From: Owenia fusiformis
Lineage: Eukaryota
Assembly (NCBI GenBank): GCA_903813345.2
Contig: CAIIXF020000001.1
Coordinates: 34,658,001 to 34,722,000, forward strand
Reading direction: 5' to 3'
Length of the DNA stretch: 64,000 bases
Made by a program: the position numbers and the translations under genes. Below, one piece after another: positions 38,061 through 52,750 of the stretch; the stretch's first letter is position 1, and each line of letters opens with the position of its first letter. The notes under the pieces were generated by a model that searched no databases, had not been told where the DNA came from, and was given only the letters and a program-made list of their open reading frames with translations.

Positions 38061-38829
38061 TCCGATAAGATAAAGTATCAGATAATAAACTATTAATAAT
38101 TGATAGTACGTCCATCTTGAAAATGTGTGATGTTGAATCCTGGGCAGTAGCTTTATTATAGCCAATGTACGAGGTAGAAGCTTACTTATGAATTAGTGAA
38201 ATATTGAACATATTTAGGTACATGTATCAGTGGTCTCCCCGACATTAAAGCAAATAGACGCAGCACCCGCCTGAGATTTTGAAAACAACGCTTATACCCA
38301 CCTCAAAATCCATTTGCACCCACTTGAAAATGAGAAAGAAATCTGAAAAATTGGCATATTTTGACCAATTTTGGTCTAAATTATGAAAAAGAGAATTTTG
38401 CACATACTTGAGAAAAAATCCTGGGGAGATCACTGTGTTAATAACATAGTTTATGTTGCAGCTTGTGTGTAACTCATAAGTTAAACAAAATAAGACTATG
38501 CAATGATTGTAGGCTGTATTACAGCCTTTACTACTGTAATTAACAGTATACCATAATTAATAAATACCAAAAATCAAAATTCTTCAAAATTGAAATAAAA
38601 TTGATAAATTAGAGTAAAGATCTTGCAAATGCAAGATGTTGCTTACTATGCAATAAATCATTGTATAATATGCTAGCATTTGTGATCAGCTTAAATGAAT
38701 TCAATTAAATGAATAATACCATAATTGTTCAGTATATGGAATATGGCATCATAATAATTTTAGGTCATCTTTAAATCTTGAATGCAGTCTAGGAACCATT
38801 ATTCAAAATCAACTTGTTTTTAACGCACA

Positions 38830-39390
38830 GGTTCAGAATATCCAAGATCCTCTACAGGGTGCATATAAGGAAAAAGCCGTACAATTGATAACATATTTTT
38901 ACTACAAACATTAATTAACAAATCTAAACTGTTTAAAAAACCTATGTTTACATAAATGGTTGATTTCAAAAAGGCATTTGACTATATAGATCGATCAGTC
39001 TTGCTATACAAACTCAGTAAAAGTGGCATAAGTCCTCATACTAAAATGTATAAAATCATTGACAATATGTATTCCTAATCTCAATCTTGTCTAAAGTTTT
39101 ATATACTGATATATATATTTTAATACTGATATAGGGGTTTTGCAAGGGAGTGTGCTTAGTACTTTTTTATTCAATCATTTCATCGATGATCTGACTTTAC
39201 AATTACCAGCACTCTGTGGTGTTATTTTAAACGATAAAAGGTTAGATCATCTTCTATGGGCGGGTGACCTCGTATTGATCTCAGAATCCAGTGATGGATT
39301 GCAGCTATTACTTGACACACTTTTTCTTTTTGTAAGACTAACAGGTTAATTGTCAACACAATGAAAACTAAAGCATTTATCTTCAACACT
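38830..39390 (+). mobile_element. Degenerate RT fragment (RTE-X-like LINE)
   Basis: TIDNIF, VDFKKAFDYIDR, GVLQGSVLSTFLFNHFIDD, LLWAGDLVL. Confidence 0.8.
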
Positions 39391-40169
39391 TGGATTTACA
39401 AAGTGAAAATTTATTTGTCAATCTTATTTCTCGTAAAAATGTAACCTTGCAAAGACATATTGGCAAATTCATTTACCATTCATTTAAGAATTTAGCATGG
39501 TCATAATGCATTGTGTGTGCACCACACTATGATTGTTACCTTATATATTTTTATATATTTTTTGTATTTTTATTAGCTCACATGGTGAGCTTTTGCAATC
39601 ACTCACTTGTCCGTCGGTCTGTCTGTCCGTTCGTCTGTCTCTCCGTCCGTCAACAATAGTGGCATGTTTTAAAACCTCTGTTGATAGGATTCCTGTTTTA
39701 AGTTATTTCTGTTCAACATCAATACAGAAAACTCCCCTATGACTCCTGGTTCAAAAGCTCGCCTATTTTCAAAATGGTCACCATTTTTGTCTCAAGAAAT
39801 TCAATTTTGACCCATTTCCTAGCTTTACAAATAATTTCAGGTGTCCTACATTGTAAAAATCCATGTCAATGTAAAGAGTAGATATATGAAATAATTTTGT
39901 TACAAAAAATCAGCAAAAAATTATATCCATTTTTTTATTTTCTGCCATTTTAGTTAAAGCAGATATGAAATGGTATTTTTAACCTAAAGGAATCAATATA
40001 ATTTTTTGATAAATGTATTTGGACATGTTTTATATTAGGGGTGTCAGCTTAGCAATGTTTTATTTGGCTTTACATTTAGGGGTGTCAGGTCGGCAAACTT
40101 TTATTCGGCAATAGCAATTTTAATCCAATTCGAAAATAAAGCACCCGGATTTAATACATGTTATACAGT

Positions 40170-41390
40170 ATACCATCTTTGACCCTGGAGGCTATACCCA
40201 ACGTAGAGTCTGGAGGCTATATCATCCTAGACTCTTGGAGGCTGTATCCATTGTAGACTATGGAGCTACTCTTGGAGACTATACCATCTCAGACTCTTGT
40301 AGGCTGTACTATCTTAGACTCTTGGAGGCTGTACCTACCTTTGACTCCTGACTTTCATAGAAATCATAGACTATTGTGGCTGTACTATCTTTGGATCTAG
40401 AGGCTGAATCCAAATTATATACTCTGAAGCTATACCATATTAGTCTCTGGAGGCTGAATTCATATTATACTCTGGAGGTTGTACCGTATTAGACTCTGTA
40501 GGCTGTATCAATTTTAGATTATAGAGGCTGGGCCATCTTAGATTCTTGGAATTTAAGGTTGTAGCCATCATAGAAGTAGATGTACCCATTAAACTCTTGA
40601 GGCCATATTAGACTCTAATTGTTAATATTAGTCGTAGACTATACCATTTTCAACTTTGGAGGCTGAACCATCTTAGGCTCTGAAGGCTGTGCCGTCTTAG
40701 ACTCTGGAAACTGATCCCATGTTATATTGAGAGGCTGTACAATCTAAGGGTCAGAGGCTCTACATCTTAGATTCGTGGAGGCTGTACTTATCCTAGGCTC
40801 TGAATGCTATAGCAATCAAATGATCTGAAGGATCTACCATCTTGGACTCTGGAGACTGATCCCATGTTATATCTGGAAGCTGTACGATCTTAGACTCGTG
40901 AAGACTGTACCTATCTTAGCTTCTGGATGCTATAGCAATCATGGCCTCTGAAGACTGTATCATCTTAGACTCTGGAGACTGATCCCATGTTATATCTGGA
41001 GCTGTACCATCTTAGACTCATGGAGGCTGTACCATCTTAAGACTCATGGAGGCTGTACCCATCCTAGGCTCTGAATGCTATAGCAATCATAGCCTCTGAA
41101 AGCTGTACCATCTTATACTCTGGAGGGTCTGGAGGCAGTTCCATCTTAGACTTATAGAGGCTGTACCCATTCTAGGCTCTGACTGCTATAGCAATCTGAT
41201 TTTGAATGTTGTAGTATCTTGGACTCTGGATGATGAATACATATTACACTCTAGAGGCTGTATCATATTAGATTCTTGAGACTGCACTAATCTTATACTC
41301 TGGAGGCTGTACCATCAATATACTCTGGAGGCTGAACCAACTTAGGCTCTACTGTACTATTCTATGGTCTCAGGTTCTACCATATTAGGC
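40170..41390. repeat. Degenerate satellite, ~25-30-bp unit (TCTTAGACTCTGGAGGCTGTACCA)
   Basis: Dozens of diverged tandem copies over 1.2 kb. Confidence 0.85.
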
Positions 41391-42290
41391 CATTAGATGA
41401 TATGTTCTTGGTATTTAAGCACACCACACACGCTGGGGGTTGAATCATATTCCATGTTATAAAATAAGTGTTTTCAGAACATATGCACTACACTACACTA
41501 TTTGGGTTTATAATGTTACTATAATGTTACTATGGCAACCCCTTGACCAATCATGTACAGACTTACCATATTAAAGAATAACATCAGTATCCATGAGCTC
41601 TATAAATATAACTGTGACTGATTTTGAAAAAATAACTGTTCTAGGAAATTATCACTGAAAAGTGCCACGCCCACTTTTGAGTAGATAAAGAGGTAGTCAC
41701 CTAATAGAGTAGAGTCTAGAGTCAAAGATACCATATAATTCATCATATTTATCATGTTATCTTATTAAACACTCCCCAAATATGTTTTAGGGTAATATAA
41801 TGTTCATTTTCAAATGATTTGAAGAGAAATGGCAACATCTGTTATTATAAGAAGCTTAGGATTTACCTGAAATATTAAAGATTTTGAGCAATTAAATTGT
41901 GTTGTTATGATAACCAATGGACCAATTAATGTCAAAATTGTCATGACAACTGAGTTAATGTTATGCTGCATATTAACCAAGTCACCAAATGTTGGTGCAC
42001 GATTTGGATCTTCAGAGGGCATGTTAATGACAGGTTGTATATTAGGCTGCGGCCCCGGCTGCGGCGGTTGTACAGTGTTAACAAGCTGATTAGACAAGCT
42101 CATTTGCTGGATAGTTGTAGAGGAGGTAATATTGGGATTGATATGACTGATATTCTGAGGGGGTGGACCTCTAAACACAATGTGACCAGGCCCACTATCT
42201 ACTATCAATACAGGACAGGTATTGATGGAACTAACGTGGGGGCCCTTAAGTTGAAAGGCATTCCACCCTGAACTGGTGTACTTGTTATTA

Positions 42291-43930
42291 TTATCCCATC
42301 GAACGAAGTTCGGAGGGATATAGGGAACGCCTCCGTCTGTCCGTCCGTCCGTCGGTCCGTCCGTCCGTCCGTCCGTCCGTACGTACGTATGTCCGTCTGT
42401 ATCTATATATTACAAGATGTCCGTCCGTCCGTCCAGGCAATAACTCAAATACCGTTGGCCCGATTTTGTTCATATTTTGTACACATATACCCTATGGGGG
42501 TAGAAGTTCTGCTCAAAAGCTGATTTTCAAAATGGCCGCTCATTTCAAAATGGCAGCCATTTTAGTGCCGATTTTAAAGTAATTTAGGTGCAATATGTAA
42601 AACTGTAATAGCAATATGTTTTAAATGTAAAATAATTATAAAGGATTATTAATAAAGCTACAAATGTAGATATAAAAGCACATGGCAGCCATCTTGAAAA
42701 ATGGCGGCCTTTACTCGTTGTTTTACGATTTTTGCTGTAACTCGAAAAGTAGTGGAGCGATTTTGTTCATATTTGATATGTGAATACTATAAACATGGCA
42801 CACTGTCTAAAGACACTTTTGGTAGAAGGCGGCCATTTTGAAAAATGGCCACCATGTTAACGTGTTTTACTATAACTAGAAAAGTAGTGGAGCTATTTTG
42901 TTCATATTTGGTATGTGAATACTATAAGCATGGCACACTGTCCTATGACACTTTTGGTAGAAGGCAGCCATTTTGAAATTTTTTTTGAAAAATGGCCGCC
43001 ATTTTAACGTATTTTACTATATCTCGAAAAGTAGTGAAGGGATTTTGTTCATATTTGGTATGTGAATACTATAAGCATGGCACCCTGTCTAATGACACTT
43101 TTGGTAGAAGGTGGCCATTTTGAAAAATGGCTGCCATTTTAACGTATTTTACTATAACTCGAAAAGTAGTGGAGCCATTTTGTTTATATTTGGTATGTGA
43201 ATACTAAAAGCATGGCACACTGTCTAATGACACTTTTAGTAGAAGGTGGCCATTTTGAAAAATGGCCCCATTTTAACGTATTTTACTATAACTTGAAAAG
43301 TAGTTCAGCGATTTTGTTCATATTTGGTATGTTTCATTTTTTTATATGTGAATACTATAAGCATGGCACACTGTCTAATGACACTTTGGGTAGTAGGTGG
43401 CCATTTTGAAAAATAGCCACCCTTTTTCACGTTTTTTACTATAACTTGAAAAGTAGTGAAGCGATTTTGTTCATATTTGATATGTGAATACTCATGAGCC
43501 TTGCACACTGTCTCATGACACTTCGGATAGAAGGCGGCCATTTTAAAAAATGGCTGTCATTTTTACACTTTTTACTATAACTCGAAAAGTAGTGGAGCGA
43601 TTTTTTGTTCATATTTGATATGTGAATACTCTAAGCATGGCACATTGTCTAATAAAACTTTGGGGAGTAGTCGGCCATTTTGAAAAATGGCCACCATTTT
43701 TATGTGTGTTATTTTACAAGTACATGTGTGCGATTTTTCAAAAATTTTATAGGTGGCTACTTAAAAGCATATTATTTCTTCTGATGACAACTTGGCTAGT
43801 GAGCAACCATTTTGAAAATGGTGGCCTTTCTGGTGTGTTGTTTTATGATATTTGCTATATATTTCGTTTGTAAAAATGCCAGCCATTTCTGTTCGATGGG
43901 ATTCTGGTTGTGCCTAGACCAGGATTTCTT
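42291..43930 (+). mobile_element. Helentron-derived element with ~135-bp satellite array
   Basis: Same family as 27727-28872. subTIRs at 42293-42304 and 43891-43902. Confidence 0.87.
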
Positions 43931-44001
43931 GTAATAAAACCCAAAATCAGTTACTCCTTATAGTAAAAAATAATCTTACAACATAATCAATGATATTTCA
44001 G

Positions 44002-44167
44002 ATGAGGGCATTGATACTCGTATACATGGCATCAAGATAAAGTCCAGTAAGGAAAGGGAGATGGGACTGAGCAAAGACCTGTTTACTAAAGATAGTCTTA
44101 TACGCTACCCACGTCTAGATGGGAAGACCCCTGAGGCCCTCTATAGGAGATCCTTACTACTTCAAAG
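44002..44167 (+). CDS. HECTD3: HECTD3 exon (end of DOC domain)
   Basis: [28 protein letters not shown]...[24 protein letters not shown]. The phase-1 start matches the exon ending at 15357. Confidence 0.95.
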
Positions 44168-44367
44168 GTACCCACCTTGTGTTTATACATGTCAGAGGTC
44201 AGATCTGTATTGAAAAAATGATTTTCCAGTGCTTACACAATTTTGATGGTGCTAATTTTACTTAGCTATAATGTATGAACAAAAAATAATTATCCTTATT
44301 GCATACAGCATAAATCTTTCTAGAATATTTAAAATACATGTAGTTTAGATTTTTCCTACTTTTGCAG

Positions 44368-44526
44368 GTTTATTAGTCTTCTTGATAGTGTGCTTCCCTA
44401 TATTATACCAAGTTGGGAGTTTAGTATAGGTTCATATAGCAGTATGGAAGTCATTAGACAACTACTACCTTTATCAAAGAAGCGCATGTCACTTCTTGAA
44501 ACCTTTCTTAGGGAATCAGAACTTGG
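44368..44526 (+). CDS. HECTD3: HECTD3 exon
   Basis: FISLLDSVLPYIIPSWEFSIGSYSSMEVIRQLLPLSKKRMSLLETFLRESELG. tttgcag|/|gtaag. Confidence 0.93.
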
Positions 44527-44992
44527 GTAAGAGTAAACAAACATTAATTGTAACATAAAACACCAGATTTTCTTATAATAAGGCCTTGGACATATAGATA
44601 AAAGTAAGGCCTCTGTCACATTTGATCTATGGCAACCGTATAGCAGCCGTACCCTCCCAAAATCGAGAGAAATATGTAGCATAAAAGATGCGGATGTACG
44701 GATGTACGGCTGCTGTAGAGCAAATGTGACAAGGGCTTTAGGCCTAATTTGTCCATGTTTTACCCTTGTAACGAAGCCATATGGGCAGCTTTGATTTGAA
44801 ATACTTTCAATTGAAGACCCACTTGGCATTGGGTGCAAATTATACTGGAATATTTTAAAGCATTATTTTTAGAGGTGAATGTCATATTGCTATTATATGA
44901 TTTTTATGAAACATTCTTGCTGAACATACCTGTAGACGAGAAATATATTTAAAATTTCCTAAAAAATGTAAACTTATTGATAATTGTTTTAG

Positions 44993-45151
44993 TCGTCCAC
45001 CAAGAATACCAAAATTGTTTGTAAATCGCCGGTCTGCAGCCGACCACAAACAAGATCCTAGTCTAGATCCTGAGTGTAAAAACACAGTCTTTAACCAAAT
45101 ATATGAGGGACTCAAACCCAGGGATAGATATGAAAAACAGTTAGATTACAG
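44993..45151 (+). CDS. HECTD3: HECTD3 exon
   Basis: RPPRIPKLFVNRRSAADHKQDPSLDPECKNTVFNQIYEGLKPRDRYEKQLDYR. ttttag|/|gtgag. Confidence 0.95.
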
Positions 45152-46738
45152 GTGAGTTTTTTATTAAATCACCTGGAATTTCATGTTCATCAATATCAAT
45201 TAAGTTGAAAATTGTAGAGTGCATCATCAGATCATGAAATCACACTCCAATAAATTCAATATGGATTATAAGACATATAAGTCATGCACACACAATATAT
45301 ATTTCATAGCATATTGATTATAAAAAATGCTTGGTGTATATTAATGTTAGTCTGCTTTCATTTGATAGAACTAGACTCTACTTGGGGTAGTATAGTGAGC
45401 ATTAGAGAGTCATGGTCAATGCACTTAGGGGTCAGACAGTTTTAAAAGGATGAGTCTGGGAATGAGTCTGGGTATCGACTTAGAAAATATTGAAAATTGT
45501 AATGTCTGAAAAACCAACTCAATCACACATATTATTAAACTTCAATATCTTATCCTTCTCCTGAGAGTACAAAAATATCAATTTGTATCACAATTAATGA
45601 AGAATATTGGCATCAAAGACAGTGCATACCACTTTGTCAGAATTGAAAAAAAATCAATGGCAAATATTAAATGAATTATTTATACAAAAGGTTTGAAACA
45701 TATCCTCCAAAACATTGCTTACTTTCTTTGTATAGACATTGAATGGTATTTCTGGATAAGTGAATTGGTGTTTATCTGGGTAATCAAGGGATTTTAGTCA
45801 CTCAAAGTTACTGAGCATCAAGTTTTGAGACTTCAATTGTGTTGGTGAAGTTACACATATTTCAGTCAAATTCATGCTGAGCACAACATTTTGGTTTCAA
45901 TTTTATAATCTCAATACATGACCCTGGTGATGAAGAGTCAGAATCAGCCAAAAAACCTACACCGGAAAACTGTGCTCATTGTGAAAACTAAAAGTGAAGC
46001 AACTTTTTTTCTGATATTTCTTACATCAAATGGCAGCCATCTTGTTTTTCCCCCTTCAAATTAAACTGGCGGGAAATTCAAAAATTTGAAAAATATTTTA
46101 ATCCTTAAATATATTTCAAAAATATGATTTTCTTTTAAATTCTTCATGGGTCTTAAGTTATTTCTTCTTTGTAAGTCATACATGTTGCCATTGGTGTTTT
46201 TTTCTATGATAATGACTACTTTTTGTTTTGTTAAGATACTTATTCTGACTCTCAGCAGGGGGTTAATCACGGGGTACCATCGAATAATTTTGGCAACGTA
46301 CCGGAGAACGACATTTTACTAAGAAATGGCAATAATTTAGCTCAATATAATTTTTAACTAGAGTTCTACTTTGATTTTGACAAAAGTAAGTATTCCATGC
46401 AATGGCTATTTCATTCATGAGTTTGTAGGAATTCTGTTGGAACCCAGTTCTGATCAAGTACGAAGTTATTGAAATCGGCGCAGTCGGACTTTACTCCGAA
46501 AGATGGTTTTTCGATTATAACTTTTTACAACATTTAAGTATAGACTTTTGAAAAAAGTACAGAATAGTCCTTATACTATTGAATAATTCTGTTATTTCTG
46601 ATTCACACGACTCTGATTTGTTTAATTAAAAAAAAGTTTTAAAAATATTACTTAGGAACGTAACCGGAGCTGGGAACGTAACCGGAGCAGATCAGTTGAA
46701 TTATATAATTTAAAAAAATAAAATATCACTTTTTGCAG

Positions 46739-46907
46739 ATGGCCCAGTCGATATGACCAATGGTGGGAGTGTAAATTTCTATCTGAGGGCATCATAGACC
46801 AAGGGGGAGGTTTCAGGGACAGTCTGGCAGATATGGCTGAAGAGTTGTGTCCATCAGACAATGAGGTCCCCATGCCTTTGCCTTTCTTTATTAGATCACC
46901 CAACCAG
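46739..46907 (+). CDS. HECTD3: HECTD3 exon (start of HECT domain)
   Basis: [39 protein letters not shown]...[11 protein letters not shown]. tttgcag|/|gtcagt. Confidence 0.96.
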
Positions 46908-47212
46908 GTCAGTGTAAAAGAGGGCTTTTAGTGAAAGTATAAACATGAAAGATTAGCTTCATAGGCGACATCTATAGATATAATTAAAACTGTATCTCAA
47001 GAGACAAATCTCACTTTCAATTTAGGATAATCAATCATGAGCAAATAATTCATTTCTTTTTATTTCATTTCTCACTGAAATTAACTAATTGATTATCTTT
47101 TAAAATCATGAAAAGAAAAAGTCGAATATTCCTTTCTGTAAATATTATAGTTCTCGGCCATGATTGGTCAAAAGACCTTGACTTGTTTTGACTTTTGATC
47201 ATTGTTTTTCAG

Positions 47213-47638
47213 TCCCATGAAGACTCCAATGTTAATCGTGATGTTTATGTGCCAAATCCACAAGTTACAATGTTTGAGAAATACGGTTGGATCGGTCAGT
47301 TAATGGGAGCGTGTTTCCGAGGTAAAGAAAGCCTTGTTCTATCATTACCATCATTTATTTGGAAAAAACTAGCAGGAGAAAGTACATCGTGGTCACGTGA
47401 CTATCCTAGCGTTGATGCAGCTGAAGTGAAACTAATTGATACAATAAGAGCAATGGACAAAGATGCCTTTGAGGCTTATTTTGGTGAGGGGAGTGAAAGG
47501 ACTTGGACTACGACACTAAGTGATGGTAGTGTTAAGCTCCTAAAAGAGGGGGGTGTAGAGGAAAAGGTGCAATATGAAGATAGGTGCAGTTACTGTGATA
47601 TGGTTCAACAGGCAAGGATGCAAGAATCCCAAAGTCAG
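47213..47638 (+). CDS. HECTD3: HECTD3 exon (HECT N-lobe); last exon found in window
   Basis: RDVYVPNP...KYGWIGQLMGACFRGKESLVLSLPSFIWKKLAGE...ARMQESQSQ. tttttcag|/|gtaggt. The C-lobe with the catalytic Cys was not found downstream in the window. Confidence 0.96.
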
Positions 47639-50553
47639 GTAGGTCATCTTTAAATACTTTCTTCTTAACAGCTAGGGATTGTGTGCAAAGATCAACAGCT
47701 TTGAAAGAATAATGACAATTTGGTGTAAGATTTCATTTCAGAAAATTGGTAAAATCAAGTAAAATACAAATCAATATTTTCAGTCTGTTTTTAGCACAGG
47801 GGTGGGCTTAACCATAATGAAATTAACATCATTTTTCCACAACTGTCCAGATTTGGACAAAAAAAACTTTTTAAATTAGACCAGGTCAAAAATGGAATTT
47901 AACAAGTAATTTAATGAAGAATGAAATACTCTCATAGGAAATGAAATGATATGTCGCCCATGTTAATTTGTCCTTTTAACTCATGCGGTTCACAAAATAA
48001 CAATATTTTGACCCAAACTCTAAAACAGAATTTAAAACCAAATTTCTATATTTTTGGTATTTACTTGGCCTTATTTTAGAACAATTGTTGTTTTCATATT
48101 TAGGCCTAGCCTGCTGCCGTCTTATCAATTAAAAACATGTGTTATTGTAAATGGGTTCAAATCCCCCTATTGCATTTGTATGATACTAGAATTGGCTATT
48201 ATTTAGGCTTGTAATATGTGAAAATACAAAAAAACATGAAATATTTTTATTTTTTAAACTCACATTATTTTTTGAGTATCTATTCAAATACTGCATGTAG
48301 TTGAACAATAATTTCTACTTAACAACTTTAAAGATGGTAAAATGTGTAAAGTATAAAAAGTCATATGCATATGACAATATTAATTGTAAACATTTCAGAT
48401 CTATACTTTGTTATATGCTAAACCCACAGGGAATCGTATGGAGGGTCGGGCAGAACCCTCCCCAACCTCCAAAGTCTACTTCTTTAATAAGGGAAACCGG
48501 AAAGTGAAATGTCTAGAAAAATAAAAAAATTATTTAAACTAAAAAATAAGTCAAATCATTAGTACATTAGTTGGGGAGGGTTCTGCCCGACCCTCCATAC
48601 AATTCCCCGTGGCTATACCATAGCCCATGGCTATACTGGGTATTAAATGTATAATATTTTAAGGAGCTAAAACAAAATATGTTTGACATGTAAATTGAGA
48701 ATTTAGAACAAAGTAATTGTTAAACAAACATTTTTTAGTGTTTAAAAACTAACTGTTTCAAGTTTGAGTATAACATGTGTCAGTTTCAACAAGTTAATCC
48801 AATACCCAACTACAATGAATAATGTTTTATAAAAGATGGCAGTGCTGAGTGCAGACACTGCTGCAATCTTTGTATCAGCCTAATAGCAGTTGCCTTTGTT
48901 AACCCATGGGCATTCTGAATGCCCATGGTTAACCATAATGAACATAGAAATATGACACAACTATAATGTTCAAAACAATGTACATACACTACTCAAGCCC
49001 CATTGCATTGTGAGCTTGCAAGTGGCAGCAGATCTAATGTAAGGGGCTATAAACATACTAGCAAGTGGGATCCCATGTTGAGCCAATCACACTCCAAGAA
49101 ATTGGGTTTGGATTAAATTAATAACCCACATATTCCAAGTAGAGTTTTAGGGAGATAAGTTGGTAAGATATATCCCGTATCCTGATTTTGAGGTTTCCAT
49201 ATCCAGAACCTCCATATCTCCCGCCCTCCGTCCGTCCGTCAGACAGTCAGTCCCTCCGTCCGTTTTATGCAAAAAAAATAATTTCAAGATGGCCGCCGCT
49301 TTAAAAATGACGGGACTTTTTTGCAAAAATCATAAATTTTTCATTCTAAACCAAAGCAATTAATATGATTGTTTGAAATTTTGGTAGTATATTCGCAACA
49401 TCTATCTATTTCACATATATTCGGTGTTTTTCATCCTGATCCCAGGGGCCATGTATGGGGGGTCAGGAAAATAGAAATTTTCGCTAATTTTTAGATCTTT
49501 CTGAAGTATAGCTTTATTATACTCAAATGAAAGGCAATTAAGAGTAGATTGCAAATATTGTATCTTTTTTCTGATTCGAGCCTCGTAAAATTCAAAATGG
49601 CCGTCTAATGTACGATTTCGCAATAATTTTTCGATCCCTTCAAAGTATGGCTATATAATACTCAAATTGAAGGAATTTTGGAGTAGATCACAATTATGGT
49701 ATTATTTTTCAGATTTGTACCTCAGAAAATTCAAAATGGCTGCTTTGCAGGAATTCGCAATTCTAAAATCTAAATTTTTCAATTTTAACCAAAGTAATAA
49801 GTATAATTGATTGGAATTCGGTAATTGATATTTTGTTCATTGGGATTTGCTACTCCACGGAGATGCCGTTATTTAGTTTGTTTATTTTTACACCTTATAC
49901 TATTGAAATGGCCATATGCCCCTGAAAACTCTACTTGGTATAGGATAAGGCAGTTATGTACGGTCGGTTTGGATATTGGGTTCATCCCTCGTGAGATATG
50001 CACATCTACCTTTGGTCTCTACGGTCCCTCGGATAGATATGCATATCTACCTCTGGATAAACCCCATATCCAAAACCTCCCAGTACATAACCCTTATATA
50101 TGTGAACCTATATACTTGATAAGCTATGCTGAAGGATATCTTACTTGTTTACATCCTGTTTGTATATAAAAAAGGGGTCGAGATGCAGTGGTAGAGAGCA
50201 GTGTGCTTATTGCTAATCTGATTATAACCCCGAAGCAGATCACTTTGACATGCCATAAATACTAACTTTCATTTTCCTGGCTGCTTCTACAAGTTATTGC
50301 CCCATCAATTTAAAATATACTTTTTTCAGTCAATTCCAAATGAGTTTAATACTGCAGTGTTTCCTCCTATAAAATGATTCATTCTCATTTTTTCTATATA
50401 TATTCCACCAACCAACAATATTAACCATTAAATCAACAATATTAGACCATAAACCAACATTATTTTTTGTTAATGGCTCTCAGTAGTATCTAATACTCAT
50501 ACATACAGATCAATTCTTTTTTGTAATACAGGGTTTATGAATTCCTCGTTGAG

Positions 50554-51803
50554 CTATAGATGTTTAGTACCAACTTTCACTATTTTCCCTAGGTACTGAT
50601 TAGACTTTCTAATATGCCAGCTGTACAGCTTATTTGCCAGAAAGGCAAGGAATGCAATTATAATGAGGTTGATAACCATTGAGCTATACCCCATTTGATA
50701 ATAGATCTCTTGCTCTAACATATGTCTCAGCTTCCGTGGGTCTATATAAGTTTCATTCAATTCCTGGTGGTATCTGTTCTTAAACGCCTTAACCTTTGAA
50801 GCATTATTTTGATGGTGGTCCATAATGATGTTCCAGACTCTTCTTAATGCTTCTGGTACACTATTTGGGAAGTCATAATCTGTGACGCCTATCATCACAG
50901 GGCTGGTAAGATATGTGTTACTAGTGAATGACTTTATGACGCTTTGTTTGTGAGAAATACCAGCGAAGCTCTCGTGTGTATCCAGAAAGCCTAAACCTAT
51001 TTTCTCACTTAGTATTCCTATCCAGGGATCATCGGGGAAGAATGCAGGGGTGTCAATAGACATGGAATAGAGTTTGTGGATAACGTTAGAGTGTGCTACA
51101 TAGGCTGTACCAGAGCAGTAACTGGGCCATGCACTGCCTTCGTAATCTTCTTTAGTGATACTGTATTTAGGGTGATTGCGCCAAACACGTGTACAACATG
51201 GATAGAGATAACATAAACTGAACTGGTTTAGTACATCCTTATTGAATTGTTGAGCATTTAAAAAGGGGATTAGTTTGAATACATCCACGACTACTTCATC
51301 ACTTCCCACCATGACATATTGAGCATGTGGGCAGTAGAGTCGTGCCCACTTGAACGCCATAGTTGTCTTCAGTGTCAGATTTCTATATGAGTCAATGAAG
51401 TCCTCTTGGATGACATCTTTATGTAGGGTGCCTTCTTTCTCCAAAGCACTTTGTGCTGTAGTATTGTTCCCAGGAGATCCAACCAAGAATAATGGCACTA
51501 CGTTATGCTCTGGAAAGTGTCTGTTTAACAGCCCAGGGCTTAACCATGTTTTCCTTAAAGTAGCCCTCCTGTCTATATGTGAAATCTTACTTCGTACAAG
51601 TACTAGCAAAAACACACTTTTCTCAGTGATACATACATTTGGTTGGTTAATGGTCAGTTTGTATGGGTGTGGATTACATTGTTTTCCTGCTTTGAAAAAT
51701 ATTTCAGGCACTGGAGATTTAGGGTCCCAAGGTCGAGATTCAATGTTGTCATAGCCCTTTGTGCCCCATGTTTTACCAGCAGCCAATGCACTACTCTCAC
51801 CTC
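50554..51803 (-). CDS. GT31-family (beta-1,3-galactosyltransferase-like) protein, main coding exon
   Basis: FLLVLVRS...RRATLRKTW, LFLVG, E...HKDVIQEDFIDSYRNLTLKT, WARLYCPHAQYV, WPSYCSGTAYV. Acceptor tttcttttcag-like at 51804 and a TAG stop. Confidence 0.92.
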
Positions 51804-51829
51804 CTGAAAGAAAATGAAACTTGTAGGTA

Positions 51830-52750
51830 ATAACATTGAAACTATATATATAACATATTCTAGGTGTTGGGAAAAGGGCAACTAACATGGCTATTTATGG
51901 AGAACTTGGGAGGTATCCACTATTTATAAACATATTTGATAGAATTTGTAATTTTTATGCTCATATTCAGGACTCTGATAACCTGTTACTTAGTCAAGCA
52001 TTTCACAACACAAAAAATCAGAATTTCATGTCATGGTATTCGTTGTTCTTAAAATTGATTAAAATATTAATGAATACTGATGAAATACTAGATATAACGC
52101 CAGAAGTATTATCTGAATGCAAGCAAAGTCTAAGGAGCCGATTTCATGAATTCTGGAAGAATAAAATCTCTAATGATACATAAAAACGAAAGTGCAATAT
52201 CAAATTGAGAACTTATAACACATTCAAAAGTAACTTTGCCTATGAAAACTATTTAGATGTTTAAAACATTTTGACCTGCGTAGAGAGTTTACTAAACTTA
52301 GAATAAGTGCACATAATCTCCAAATTGAACTCGGTCGCTACACAAGACCAAAACCGACACCTCTGGAAGAGAGAAAATGCGAAACATGCAATATCATAGA
52401 AAATCTCCTACACTGTATGAAATATAATAAACAAAGAAGTATAATGTTGTCTAAAATGAAAATGCCAGTACAAGAAAATCTATTTATTTATTTGATGTCT
52501 GGTAAAGATCAAAACTGTATAAATGTAGCAAAATATATATTTACTTCCAGTACCAATAGCTATATCTCTAGTGCACCAATGCATCATCATCATTAATAGT
52601 AATACTAATAGTTATGTAGTTTTGTTTTTTTTTACATGTTAATGTCTTCTTTTTCCTTCCTTTATAATTGTTATAATTTTTGTTTGTACATGTACTTGAC
52701 CCCCAAGGGGTGTGAATGTACTTGAAGAATAAATAAATATAATATTATAT
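51830..52750 (+). mobile_element. 3' end of RTE-X-like LINE in the GT31 intron
   Basis: ILGVGKRATNMAIYGELGRYPL, KLRTYNTFKSNF, FTKLRISAHNLQIELGRY, and an A/T-rich tail. Confidence 0.8.

Noticed and set aside
40170..41390. CRISPR-like array
   Set aside because: The context is eukaryotic, the tandem units are degenerate with no unique spacers, and there are no cas genes.
50554..50580. Dilysine ER-retrieval signal at the GT31 C-terminus (KVGTKHL)
   Set aside because: Lys is only at -3 (and -7), so it is not a canonical KKxx or KxKxx motif.
51804..51888. N-terminal 28 aa of the 444-aa ORF
   Set aside because: It is intronic read-through upstream of the acceptor at 51804 and overlaps a LINE fragment on the other strand.
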